The notes under the pieces were generated by a model, which saw only the letters and a program-made list of their open reading frames with translations, had not been told where the DNA came from and ran no database searches. The position numbers and the translations under genes were made by a program. Shown piece after piece: positions 8,964 through 17,398 of a stretch of DNA of 64,000 nt (the stretch's first letter is position 1; each line of letters opens with the position of its first letter). Source of the stretch: Escherichia phage MN01; sequence record MT129652.1; one strand, 5' to 3'.

Positions 8964-10387
8964 AAACTATTTTATCCCAGCTACTCTTTAACAAGGAATA
9001 TTTTGTTAAAGTCTGGCCATATCTGAATAACACATATTTTGAAAAGGGTCCAGCGAAGACCCTTTTCAATACGATTAACGAACACGTAAAAGAATATCAA
9101 GCGGTACCAACTAAGACTGCACTTGATATCGCGCTCGACAGCTCTGACCTTTCTGAAGTCGAATATGAAGGCACAAAGAAACTCTTAGGAGTCCTGGCCG
9201 ATACTCCAGAAGACCAGGAATGGTTGGTTAAAGAAACCGAGAAGTATGTACAGAAGTCTGCGATGTTCAATGCCACATCCAGGATTATCGAAATTCAGAG
9301 CAATGCCGAACTTCCGAAAGATAAACGTGATAAACGAATCCCGGATATTGGTGCTATCCCTGATATCATGCGGGATGCATTATCTATCTGTTTTGACTCT
9401 GCCCTGGGCCATGACTGGTTAAACGATTACGAAGCTCGATTCCAGACTTATCTGAACAAATCGAAAAAGGTTCCGTTTCGCATTAACATCCTGAATAAAA
9501 TCACGAAGGGTGGAGTTGAGTATGGTACAGAGAACGTTTTACTGGCCGGGACAAACGTCGGGAAATCTCTAGGACTTTGTTCATTAGCCGCTGACTATCT
9601 TCAGACTGGTCATAATGTGCTTTATATAAGCATGGAAATGGCTGAAGAAGTATGTGCCAAACGTATTGATGCCAACTTGCTGGATGTGTCTCTGGATGAT
9701 ATTGATGAAGGTCATATATCATGGGCGGAATATAAAGCTAAGATGGAAAAATGGCGTGCTTCCGGGACTCTTGGGACTCTGAAGATAAAACAATATCCAA
9801 CTGGTGGTGCTCATGCGGATACCTTCCGCGCATTGCTGAATGAATACAAACTGAAGCAGGGGTTTGTACCGGATGTGATTATTGTTGACTACCTGGCAAT
9901 CTGCGCAAGCTCAAGACTGAAAACGTTTACCGAAAATAGTTACGGTCTGATTAAGATGGTTGCAGAAGAACTTCGTGGTCTGGCAGTCGAGAAAAATGTG
10001 GTTCTATGGACCGCGGCGCAGACAACCAGGGGCGCGAACGTTGCAGCTGAGATTGATATGGCTGATATCGCAGAATCCTTTGGTATTGCTCACACGGCTG
10101 ACTTTATGTTGGGTGTTGTTGAGACCGAAGAATTCGCTCAAATGGGGCTGCAGTTAATCAAACAGCTTAAGTCTCGTTATGGCGATAAGAACTACTATAA
10201 TAAATTCAAGATGGGCGTTAAGAAAGGCAATCAGCGCTGGTATGAGGTTGATGATGATTCGGCTCCTAAACAAGGCCCTACGGTTAAAGAAGCCACCGGT
10301 GAGATGAATCGCCAGGCTGAAATGAATAGACAAACCAGGGTCAACAGGAGCGACCTGGACGACCTCGCTGCTCAAATGAAATTTTAA
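8957..10387 (+). CDS. 41: replicative DNA helicase gp41 (DnaB-like)
   Basis: Matches recalled T4 gp41 from MVExILS; Walker A GTNVGKS; GTG start chosen at 8957, track start 8948. Confidence 0.92.
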   Translation: MVETILSQLLFNKEYFVKVWPYLNNTYFEKGPAKTLFNTINEHVKEYQAVPTKTALDIALDSSDLSEVEYEGTKKLLGVLADTPEDQEWLVKETEKYVQKSAMFNATSRIIEIQSNAELPKDKRDKRIPDIGAIPDIMRDALSICFDSALGHDWLNDYEARFQTYLNKSKKVPFRINILNKITKGGVEYGTENVLLAGTNVGKSLGLCSLAADYLQTGHNVLYISMEMAEEVCAKRIDANLLDVSLDDIDEGHISWAEYKAKMEKWRASGTLGTLKIKQYPTGGAHADTFRALLNEYKLKQGFVPDVIIVDYLAICASSRLKTFTENSYGLIKMVAEELRGLAVEKNVVLWTAAQTTRGANVAAEIDMADIAESFGIAHTADFMLGVVETEEFAQMGLQLIKQLKSRYGDKNYYNKFKMGVKKGNQRWYEVDDDSAPKQGPTVKEATGEMNRQAEMNRQTRVNRSDLDDLAAQMKF

Positions 10388-10400
10388 AATATTTTTAAAA

Positions 10401-10435
10401 AAGGGGTGTACAAGCCCCTTGTCTTAGGACATAAT
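10401..10435 (+). promoter_or_regulatory. PeSL-like early promoter cassette (hairpin + promoter)
   Basis: AAGGGG-tgtaca-GCCCC hairpin with TGTACA as -35, 17-bp spacer, CATAAT -10; conserved leader CCGTACTGAGTTAC. Confidence 0.55.
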
Positions 10436-10485
10436 GATTCCGTACTGAGTTACACAATAAACCAACTGTTAAAAAGGAAAACCAT

Positions 10486-10788
10486 ATGTTTAATCAAACC
10501 GATATGAACCGTTACTATTTTGGTCAGTTCGCTCGCCGTGATGAAAACTGTGCTGCTCTTATCGCATCAGGCATTCAAACTGGTAAATTAATAAAGCTCA
10601 AAAGCGATGTTCAACCTTCATCTGTTCGCAGCTCTCTTCGTGAGTATCTGCTTGCAGGCGGTGAAGTATATGTTATCGCTGAACCTTTTGTTAACGTGTG
10701 TGATGATTACACAATTAGTGTGACTGTTATGCACCCAACTACTGGGAAAATTCGTTGTCTGACTATGCACAACTATGAGTTGGCGTAA
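10486..10788 (+). CDS. hypothetical protein
   Basis: 100 aa; preceded by promoter cassette, followed by terminator. Confidence 0.55.
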   Translation: MFNQTDMNRYYFGQFARRDENCAALIASGIQTGKLIKLKSDVQPSSVRSSLREYLLAGGEVYVIAEPFVNVCDDYTISVTVMHPTTGKIRCLTMHNYELA

Positions 10789-10794
10789 GTGAAC

Positions 10795-10817
10795 AAAGGG
10801 GCTTACAGCCCCTTTTT
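10795..10817 (+). terminator. rho-independent terminator
   Basis: AAAGGGGC-ttaca-GCCCCTTTTT; loop doubles as -35 of next promoter. Confidence 0.65.
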
Positions 10818-10830
10818 CTTATGTTATAAT
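10802..10830 (+). promoter_or_regulatory. early promoter cassette
   Basis: CTTACA -35 inside terminator loop, 17 bp, TATAAT; leader CTATCAACTACTGGAG. Confidence 0.55.
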
Positions 10831-10856
10831 GACTCTATCAACTACTGGAGAATAAA

Positions 10857-11174
10857 ATGAAAACCATTGATTGCAAGGCAGAATACAAAGTTTATTATCA
10901 TGGGTCAAGCTCTAATGCTGGAATCCAAAATATGCTTTGTCCTCCTGATGCAACTGGTGTTCTGTCAGAAGTTGGACGTAAGAAAAATTTAGGGCGTGTG
11001 TTTTTTACTGAAGATATTGGTTTGGCGCGTATCTATGCAGGAAGAGCAGCTCGCTCATATGGAGGAGAACCCCGTCTTTATCGTGTGATTGCACCGGTTG
11101 ACGTGGTTTGTTTAAATGATACTAAAGGCGCAACAGTTTATCACGCTGCCTGGGCCTTTTGTGAGGAAATCTAA
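10857..11174 (+). CDS. hypothetical protein
   Basis: 105 aa; SD GGAG; first of three translationally coupled ORFs. Confidence 0.55.
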   Translation: MKTIDCKAEYKVYYHGSSSNAGIQNMLCPPDATGVLSEVGRKKNLGRVFFTEDIGLARIYAGRAARSYGGEPRLYRVIAPVDVVCLNDTKGATVYHAAWAFCEEI

Positions 11175-11378
11175 ATGTATAAATTAGAGAACGTAGTGTT
11201 TATTGGTTGGTTTGAAAATGGTAATATGTTTACCAAAGAAACCGCCCTGGATGTCAGTGACAAAAATATGATTGAATGGGTTACAGTGCAGTATGCAGAA
11301 GTGAATAATGCGCTGGTTAAAGCCTTTGTTAATGACAATAAAGTTTTTGAATATGATGCCCGCATTGAGGAAATTTAA
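11175..11378 (+). CDS. hypothetical protein
   Basis: 67 aa; TAAATG coupling to neighbours. Confidence 0.45.
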   Translation: MYKLENVVFIGWFENGNMFTKETALDVSDKNMIEWVTVQYAEVNNALVKAFVNDNKVFEYDARIEEI

Positions 11379-11618
11379 ATGAATATCGCATTAATGAAAC
11401 CTACCCCTAGTTCTTTTTGGAATAAATCTTTTGGTAAGCATAATATGTTTATCCAACGCACCGTAAGCAGCTGGGAACTAGTTCTTTCAGTCGGCCACAA
11501 TGATTATGAACAAGAATACGTAGAGTTCTTCGATTTTCCTGTGAAACCTACCAAGCGTCAGATTCGTCAGACAAAACGCAAATTCCGCAAAATTTATCTG
11601 GAAGATGCATTAAAATAG
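11379..11618 (+). CDS. hypothetical protein
   Basis: 79 aa; basic C-terminus. Confidence 0.45.
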   Translation: MNIALMKPTPSSFWNKSFGKHNMFIQRTVSSWELVLSVGHNDYEQEYVEFFDFPVKPTKRQIRQTKRKFRKIYLEDALK

Positions 11619-11652
11619 TGTACAACAAAGGGATAATGCTGTATATTATCCC
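11619..11652 (+). promoter_or_regulatory. early promoter cassette with inverted repeat over -10
   Basis: TGTACA, 17 bp, TATATT; GGGATAAT...ATTATCCC 8-bp inverted repeat; leader CTATCAACTACTGAGGAG. Confidence 0.45.
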
Positions 11653-11675
11653 TATCAACTACTGAGGAGATTGAA

Positions 11676-11969
11676 ATGAAAAAGTTATTAATCGCGGCAA
11701 TTCTTACCGTAGCATCATGTGGTACAGCTCCAGTTACTGCTGGACTTGATAAAGACCTTTGTGAGTGGTCTATGACTGCCGACCAGACTGATGTTGAACA
11801 TCAGATTTATGCTGATATCATGAACATAACTAAACGTGACCGCCCTGATATGGTTAAAGAAGTATCTGACCAATTGACTTCTGGTGACGTTATGCAGTAT
11901 AACTATGTTCTGTATTGCGATGCTTCATTTGACAATAGCAAAATTGTTCAATGGGTTACAGGTGAATAA
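11676..11969 (+). CDS. secreted/lipoprotein, possible Spackle (Sp)-like periplasmic protein
   Basis: 97 aa, signal peptide MKKLLIAAILTVASC; same size and 41-61 location as T4 sp; identity not verified. Confidence 0.5.
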   Translation: MKKLLIAAILTVASCGTAPVTAGLDKDLCEWSMTADQTDVEHQIYADIMNITKRDRPDMVKEVSDQLTSGDVMQYNYVLYCDASFDNSKIVQWVTGE

Positions 11970-11970
11970 A

Positions 11971-12408
11971 ATGATTAACAGAAATTTAGTTATCAAAAAA
12001 CTTCGCTGTAAAAATCCAAATGCACAGGCATACCGGGTGTTTTGGAGCGATGAAATTCAATACCTGGGTTATTTTCTTGTTGATAGTGATGACAGAATTA
12101 CGTTTGCTCATAAGCTTCTTAACAAAGAATTAAACCATTGGCAAGAACTTATTGCAGTCAAGTCTAAATTATTTTCGCGCAATACAATGCACCAATTGGT
12201 TTATTTTTTCGCTGATGGTATTCCTGACAAGGTTGAATTTGATGGGTTTGAATTTAAAGACATCAACCCTGACAATGAATTGAATGACAGTATTGTTAAT
12301 ATGGGTATCCCAGGTAAGTACATTAAAAACAGTCTTTTGAAACTTCTGGAAACCCCTGTATATTCAGTAGACGACCAAATTTTTAATGCCTTTATGAAGC
12401 GAGATTAA
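11971..12408 (+). CDS. hypothetical protein
   Basis: 145 aa from internal ATG; C-terminus DDQIFNAFMKRD shared with next ORF. Confidence 0.5.
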   Translation: MINRNLVIKKLRCKNPNAQAYRVFWSDEIQYLGYFLVDSDDRITFAHKLLNKELNHWQELIAVKSKLFSRNTMHQLVYFFADGIPDKVEFDGFEFKDINPDNELNDSIVNMGIPGKYIKNSLLKLLETPVYSVDDQIFNAFMKRD

Positions 12409-12412
12409 TATG
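12370..12412. repeat. 43-bp gene-junction repeat, copy 1
   Basis: GACGACCAAATTTTTAATGCCTTTATGAAGCGAGATTAATATG; includes stop and next start. Confidence 0.7.
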
Positions 12413-12778
12413 TATATTCAAAGCGATTTATCTTATCTGAATTTTGAATTAGTTAAAAATAATGATGGTAATGCTCATTATGAATTCCGTGAACCCAGGT
12501 TTAATCAGGCGATTGGTTATATCATCGTTAAAGATGATGTTATCATAAAGGCTCGCTCATTTATGGTAATGAATGGGCCTTATGAAGATACTCGTGGCTA
12601 TCCATTTGATAAAAAGAATGTACGCGATTGTGCAGCATGGATAACCGGAAACCCTGAAATTGGGGTCATGTTATCTACTGAAGCAAATGACATTCTGGAT
12701 GCTGGCTGGGTTAAAGCTCAAGAACCGCCTACTGATATTGATGACCAGATTTTTAATGCTTTCATGAAGCGAGGTTAA
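12410..12778 (+). CDS. hypothetical protein
   Basis: 122 aa; C-terminus DDQIFNAFMKRG shared with previous ORF. Confidence 0.5.
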   Translation: MYIQSDLSYLNFELVKNNDGNAHYEFREPRFNQAIGYIIVKDDVIIKARSFMVMNGPYEDTRGYPFDKKNVRDCAAWITGNPEIGVMLSTEANDILDAGWVKAQEPPTDIDDQIFNAFMKRG

Positions 12779-12782
12779 TATG
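12740..12782. repeat. 43-bp gene-junction repeat, copy 2
   Basis: GATGACCAGATTTTTAATGCTTTCATGAAGCGAGGTTAATATG; 5 mismatches to copy 1. Confidence 0.7.
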
Positions 12783-12971
12783 ACTGCAATGTGTACGGGC
12801 TCTAAGATTTCGGTCTTCCAGATTTTTGAAGAATATGAAATCGTGTCGCAAGACCAAGAAGCAATCCATGTTATTGCTGATGATGGGGTTACCTGGATTA
12901 TTCCGTTGTATCATGAAGACACTTATGAAGTGACTGATGCAAATGGTGATAAAGCTATCTTCGTTGTATAA
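12780..12971 (+). CDS. hypothetical protein
   Basis: 63 aa, acidic. Confidence 0.45.
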   Translation: MTAMCTGSKISVFQIFEEYEIVSQDQEAIHVIADDGVTWIIPLYHEDTYEVTDANGDKAIFVV

Positions 12972-12974
12972 ATA
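12967..12974 (+). promoter_or_regulatory. TATAAATA late-promoter-like motif
   Basis: Overlaps stop of 12780..12971, 17 bp upstream of small ORF 12991. Confidence 0.3.
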
Positions 12975-12990
12975 GCGGAAAGGGGGTGTT

Positions 12991-13158
12991 ATGAAAACAT
13001 TCAAAGATTTTATCAACGAAGATATGGTTGCCGGTGATGCAGGCGGAAACCCAACTAATATCGCAACAGGTACCACTTCCGGGGCAGTTGTCAATAAAGG
13101 CCCTGAACAAATCCCATCAAAAAAGCGTAAGAACAAAGACGATAAACCTACAGTATAA
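12991..13158 (+). CDS. small hypothetical protein (55 aa)
   Basis: SD AGGGGG upstream; Gly/Thr-rich with basic tail; not in ORF track. Confidence 0.35.
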   Translation: MKTFKDFINEDMVAGDAGGNPTNIATGTTSGAVVNKGPEQIPSKKRKNKDDKPTV

Positions 13159-13190
13159 TGGTCCTTCGGGGCCATTGAAATGAGGAAACT

Positions 13191-14219
13191 ATGTCATATA
13201 TTGATAAAGAATTTGCAGTCAGAGCTTTATCGTATCAACCACGTTATAGAGAAGTCACCGGGAGCACATTTAAGGCAAACTGTCGTTGCAAGGTTTGCGG
13301 TGACTCTCAGAAAGATTCACACAAGGCCCGATTCTGGGCGTATACCAATCCGGCTGACGGTGCGGTTTACGTGAAATGTTTTAACTGTGACTACTCCACG
13401 CATATAAGCAAATACATAAAAGAGTTTGAGCCTGATTTACATCGGGAATATATGGTTGAGAAGTATAAGGAGAATGCCTTTGGCAGACAACGTAATGAAG
13501 TTGCAGAAACTCCGAAAGAACCAGAAAAAACTCCGGTTATTGAGCAACTTGCTTTTTGCGAAAGAATCGATACTTTACCAGAAGCGCATCCGATAGTTAA
13601 GTATGTAAAAAGTCGGTGTATTCCGAGCAATGTTTGGAACCGGTTATGGTTTACAAACAAATGGCCTGCATTAGTTAACTCCGTTAATCCTGGGACGTAT
13701 AAGAATGAAACGAATGAACCACGCTTGGTTATTCCTATCTTCAACGGCAAAAAAGAAATCGAATCTTTCCAAGGACGAGCTCTTCGCAAAGATGCACCAC
13801 AAAAATATATCACAATCAAAGCCCACCCAGAAGCTTCCAAAGTCTATGGTGTAGACAAGATTGACGAACGCAAGCGCGTGTGGGTAATGGAAGGTCCGAT
13901 TGATAGTTTGTTTATCCCTAACAGCATTGCGATAACCGGTGGAACATTAGCATTGGAAGCCGTTCCTTATGCAGAAACCCGAGTATGGGTAATGGACAAC
14001 GAGCCAAGACATCCTGATACGATTAAACGTATGAAGAAACTTGTTGAAGCCGGTGAAGCCGTTATGTTCTGGGACAATGCACCATGGCATACGAAAGACA
14101 TAAATGAGATGGTTAAATCAGAGGGTGCAACCCCTGAACAAATCGAATCATATATGGCCGATAACGTTACTCAAGGGCTGCTGGCGAGAATGCGACTTTC
14201 GAAGTACGCAAAAGTTTAG
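13191..14219 (+). CDS. 61: DNA primase gp61
   Basis: 342 aa as T4 gp61; N-terminal zinc ribbon CKVCGDS...CFNCDYS; synteny with 41. Confidence 0.9.
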   Translation: MSYIDKEFAVRALSYQPRYREVTGSTFKANCRCKVCGDSQKDSHKARFWAYTNPADGAVYVKCFNCDYSTHISKYIKEFEPDLHREYMVEKYKENAFGRQRNEVAETPKEPEKTPVIEQLAFCERIDTLPEAHPIVKYVKSRCIPSNVWNRLWFTNKWPALVNSVNPGTYKNETNEPRLVIPIFNGKKEIESFQGRALRKDAPQKYITIKAHPEASKVYGVDKIDERKRVWVMEGPIDSLFIPNSIAITGGTLALEAVPYAETRVWVMDNEPRHPDTIKRMKKLVEAGEAVMFWDNAPWHTKDINEMVKSEGATPEQIESYMADNVTQGLLARMRLSKYAKV

Positions 14220-14416
14220 GAAGGGATTCCGGTAAAGTAACCGATGATGGAATGGATATGTTCCATTGTGACCTGGGGTAAGTGTACCCCTTGTGATGCA
14301 GCGATAGGCACAACCAGTAAGTTCCACAGAAAAACATCAAGAGCTAAAAAGCCCATGATTAGTTTTTTGTCTTTCTTACTGGTTAATTTCCAAATCTGAT
14401 AGAATAATGTTCCCAT
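14216..14416 (-). CDS. small membrane protein
   Basis: Minus strand, 66 aa, shares LxWNxxVxPxA motif with upstream partner; converges on gene 61 stop. Confidence 0.45.
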   Translation of the reverse strand: MGTLFYQIWKLTSKKDKKLIMGFLALDVFLWNLLVVPIAASQGVHLPQVTMEHIHSIIGYFTGIPS

Positions 14417-14424
14417 AGTTCCAC

Positions 14425-14622
14425 CTATACAAGGCCGATTAATGCCAGTGAAACATCTACAACCGATTCGAGCGCGACGACTGGTAATATAATACCATAT
14501 GTCAATGCAACAGGAGCAACAATGAAGTTCCAGAGTAGAACTGAACAGAGCACCGAAAGGACCAGAATCGTTCGCTTACGACTGCCTTTGATGGCTTGAA
14601 TTAGACTAGATAGTTTTAGCAT
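14425..14622 (-). CDS. small membrane protein
   Basis: Minus strand; strong SD AAGGAGG 4 nt before ATG at 14622; hydrophobic; paralog of next ORF. Confidence 0.45.
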   Translation of the reverse strand: MLKLSSLIQAIKGSRKRTILVLSVLCSVLLWNFIVAPVALTYGIILPVVALESVVDVSLALIGLV

Positions 14623-14643
14623 ATATCCTCCTTTCTTGTATTT

Positions 14644-14668
14644 ATGCTTCAAACCAATACGATATAAT
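14644..14668 (+). promoter_or_regulatory. MotA-box middle promoter upstream of gene 56
   Basis: ATGCTTCA, 13 bp, TATAAT; in divergent region with minus-strand membrane genes. Confidence 0.45.
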
Positions 14669-14706
14669 TAACATACAAATAACATGAATTGATAAGGAAA
14701 AATATA

Positions 14707-15225
14707 ATGGCTCATTTTAACGAGTGTTCTCAACTGATTGCGGGTGTTGATAAAGCTGAAGAAGCTTATGACAATGCAATTATCGAAGGTACTGACCCGC
14801 TGCAGATTATGCTTGATATGCAGAAATCTTTGCAGGTCCGGTTGGCTACTGAAAAACCAGAATATAACTCACATCCAGATGAATTGGCTACTGCAGGTGA
14901 TGTTGTTACCTGGCTCCGCAACCAGAAAGATTATATTGATGATGAATTCCGCGAACTGATTACTGCATTAGGTGGCATGTCCAATGGCGAGAAAGCTGCC
15001 TCGGCCGTATGGAAACCATGGAAAGCACAACATGGTGAAATGCAGCAAACCCTGATTAACGATTTGTCTCCTGAAGACCAGCTCGAAATTAAATTCGAAA
15101 TGATTGATATCCTGCACTTTGTTCTGAACATGTTCCATGGTCTTGGTCTATCTGCAGAAGAAATCTTTAAACTGTATTACCTGAAAAACGCTGAGAACTT
15201 TGCTCGTCAGGACCGAGGTTATTAA
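14707..15225 (+). CDS. 56: dCTP pyrophosphatase gp56 (MazG-like)
   Basis: Matches recalled T4 gp56 (MAHFNEC, EFRELI, EIKFE, KNAENFARQD); MazG acidic motifs; adjacent to 61. Confidence 0.75.
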   Translation: MAHFNECSQLIAGVDKAEEAYDNAIIEGTDPLQIMLDMQKSLQVRLATEKPEYNSHPDELATAGDVVTWLRNQKDYIDDEFRELITALGGMSNGEKAASAVWKPWKAQHGEMQQTLINDLSPEDQLEIKFEMIDILHFVLNMFHGLGLSAEEIFKLYYLKNAENFARQDRGY

Positions 15226-15506
15226 TGGCTCGTTTAAATAAACGTCAGCTTAAGAAAGCTCGTAAGAAGCATATTAATGATATAATTGAAAACGCTAATG
15301 TTGAAATCTTTGTAGAACTTTTAGCCAATCAACTAAAAAATTTATCTAAACAAGAAATTGCTATGAATACTGAAAATGCTAAAAATGTAATCGAAACTCA
15401 TAATGTTTTTGCCCAAGCTACTGCTGAATACATTGCTAATCCTACTGCTGAAAATCTAGCTAAAATGACCGAAGCCAATAAAGCAGTCCAAGCCGCCAAA
15501 TTGTAA
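15225..15506 (+). CDS. hypothetical protein
   Basis: 93 aa, helical, basic N-terminus. Confidence 0.45.
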   Translation: MARLNKRQLKKARKKHINDIIENANVEIFVELLANQLKNLSKQEIAMNTENAKNVIETHNVFAQATAEYIANPTAENLAKMTEANKAVQAAKL

Positions 15507-15508
15507 GT

Positions 15509-15516
15509 TATAAATA
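15509..15516 (+). promoter_or_regulatory. late promoter (TATAAATA) for soc
   Basis: Exact TATAAATA about 30 bp upstream of soc ATG. Confidence 0.5.
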
Positions 15517-15547
15517 CACCTGTAATTAAACATCAAAGGAGATAATT

Positions 15548-15781
15548 ATGGGTGGTTTCGTTAATATCAAAACCTTTACGCATGCAGCTGGTGAAGGTAA
15601 AGAAGTTAAAGGTACTGAGGTTTCAGTTCCATTTGAAATCTATTCTGATGCGCATCGTATTGCTAATGCTCATTATCAGACTTTCCCTTCGGCCGTTGCA
15701 GCCTATTCTACTGTAGTGACTGATGCTGCTGACTGGAAGACCAAGAATGAGGCAATGTTTACGCCGACCGATATTGTTTAA
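15548..15781 (+). CDS. soc: small outer capsid protein Soc
   Basis: 77 aa; VNIKTF and AHYQTFPS..AAYSTV match recalled T4 Soc; TATAAATA late promoter upstream. Confidence 0.75.
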   Translation: MGGFVNIKTFTHAAGEGKEVKGTEVSVPFEIYSDAHRIANAHYQTFPSAVAAYSTVVTDAADWKTKNEAMFTPTDIV

Positions 15782-15786
15782 TTATA

Positions 15787-15810
15787 GGGACTCTTCGGAG
15801 TCCCTTTTTG
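15787..15810 (+). terminator. rho-independent terminator after soc
   Basis: GGGACTC-ttcg-GAGTCCC then TTTTT. Confidence 0.7.
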
Positions 15811-15832
15811 CTTTTAATAGAAGCGGTATAAT
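15808..15832 (+). promoter_or_regulatory. MotA-box middle promoter
   Basis: TTTGCTTTTA, 13 bp, TATAAT directly after soc terminator. Confidence 0.45.
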
Positions 15833-15857
15833 TATTTCAATTACAGAGGAGAATACT

Positions 15858-16055
15858 ATGTTAAACCGTTGGATTAAACCAAATAAAGCTTTAGATGAAA
15901 TTATTGCTCATGATGTCCATTTTAAGTATGGATTGGGTGTGTTTGATGAGGTTATCGTACATTCATTCATGATGCATGACGATGACTCTTTAGAATTCAA
16001 TATTGAAATCCGATGTGATGATGGTAAAGTTGAATTTAAACGAGGTTTCCTATGA
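15858..16055 (+). CDS. hypothetical protein
   Basis: 65 aa from SD-preceded ATG; track ORF 15723 trimmed. Confidence 0.45.
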   Translation: MLNRWIKPNKALDEIIAHDVHFKYGLGVFDEVIVHSFMMHDDDSLEFNIEIRCDDGKVEFKRGFL

Positions 16056-16393
16056 TTAGTTGGCTCAAGAATTTATTCAAGACTAAACCTGGTGAGGGTG
16101 TGGTTCCAGTTAACGTGCCAGATGTTAAGCTAAGAGAATATGTTTACATGGGCGACGGCATGATGGAAGAAGTGGTCAAATCGAAATCAAAAGACCTATA
16201 TTCTACAATGTCAGAAGAAGACTTACAAAAACGTTTAACTCGACTGCAAGAACAAAGAGCTCAAGCGCAAAGCAGTATCGATACTACTTCGATTGTGGTC
16301 ACCGCTGCTGCAGTCAGTTCGTGGACCGGTGATTCGTCTTATTCCTCCTATGATTCGGGAAGCTGTGATTCGTCTTCCAGCTCGTGTGATTAA
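16052..16393 (+). CDS. hypothetical protein with Ser-rich C-terminus
   Basis: 113 aa; C-terminal SSYSSYDSGSCDSSSSSCD low complexity. Confidence 0.5.
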   Translation: MISWLKNLFKTKPGEGVVPVNVPDVKLREYVYMGDGMMEEVVKSKSKDLYSTMSEEDLQKRLTRLQEQRAQAQSSIDTTSIVVTAAAVSSWTGDSSYSSYDSGSCDSSSSSCD

Positions 16394-16588
16394 ATGAGAA
16401 TTACAAGTTGGCTTAAAGATTGGTTGGTTACTCCAGGGATTGATGATTCCTGGGTGGCCAGAGCCGAGGAAGAAATGCAGCGCGAAGCCGAAGAATGGGC
16501 CGTTAACGGGCTTAAAGCCATGCAGGAAAAGAAGACCGAACGAGCAGCGCTTAAACTGATGCGTGATATCTACGGAGATAAATCATGA
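16394..16588 (+). CDS. hypothetical protein
   Basis: 64 aa; coupled to neighbours. Confidence 0.4.
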   Translation: MRITSWLKDWLVTPGIDDSWVARAEEEMQREAEEWAVNGLKAMQEKKTERAALKLMRDIYGDKS

Positions 16589-16734
16589 CACAAGAAGACG
16601 CTGAACGCCGGGCAAAAGAAGCGCTGGATTTGCTTTTGAAAATTGGCAGTAAAATGATGGAAGAAAACGAAAAGTACATCAAGGAAAATAAAGTTCCTGA
16701 TGGTCCATTAGTTGGTAAGAGGAAATCATTATGA
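16585..16734 (+). CDS. small hypothetical protein (49 aa)
   Basis: ATGA overlaps at both ends; not in ORF track. Confidence 0.3.
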   Translation: MTQEDAERRAKEALDLLLKIGSKMMEENEKYIKENKVPDGPLVGKRKSL

Positions 16735-17219
16735 AAGTATATGAATTAGAATTCTATGTCCGTGATTCCGCTGGACAGACACGACCTTACGATGCTACCG
16801 CATGCCTTATCATGGTTTACAATGGCATGGATTCGGTCACTGCATTGGAAACAAAATTAATGAACCTGACGATGCCAGAAAACGTTATGCTGAAAGTATT
16901 TCATAGAAAAAACGTTAATGTGGCCGAAGGGTGCCCGTTTACTGTTTCCGAAGCTCTGCACATCAAAGGCTATCGTTATCCGGACCATTATGCAGAAGGA
17001 ACCGCGGATATTTTCTATAAAGATACTGATAAAAATTCCAATGAACGTCTTCAGGGTCGCACTTATCTGATTTCTGCACCTGAAGACCTTACTGAAGTCG
17101 AACGTCAGATTTGGAAACACTTTGATATCGGCTTGCGCTTTACTTTAACAGAAGAAGCTCTGCGCGATACTAAAATGCGTGCTCGTATGTATGGTTACGG
17201 TCCTATCGGTGGTTACTAA
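16731..17219 (+). CDS. hypothetical protein (possible mrh-position gene)
   Basis: 162 aa; lies between soc and the mod genes where T4 has mrh (161 aa); no sequence confirmation. Confidence 0.5.
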   Translation: MKVYELEFYVRDSAGQTRPYDATACLIMVYNGMDSVTALETKLMNLTMPENVMLKVFHRKNVNVAEGCPFTVSEALHIKGYRYPDHYAEGTADIFYKDTDKNSNERLQGRTYLISAPEDLTEVERQIWKHFDIGLRFTLTEEALRDTKMRARMYGYGPIGGY

Positions 17220-17398
17220 TGGATTTATTTGAACTTTTTGAAGAGCCTAAAGCTCCTACGGAAGCCCGTGTTGACCTAGTTGACGAACTTGATGCGATTA
17301 TACAGAAGCACGGTTTTAGCCTCCCAATGGAAGTTCTACGCGACCTGGCCTCATATTATGACGACCCACCTCCATGGGCACCATGGGTGAAACAATGA
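17219..17398 (+). CDS. small hypothetical protein (59 aa)
   Basis: Acidic; overlapping start/stop with neighbours; not in ORF track. Confidence 0.3.
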   Translation: MDLFELFEEPKAPTEARVDLVDELDAIIQKHGFSLPMEVLRDLASYYDDPPPWAPWVKQ

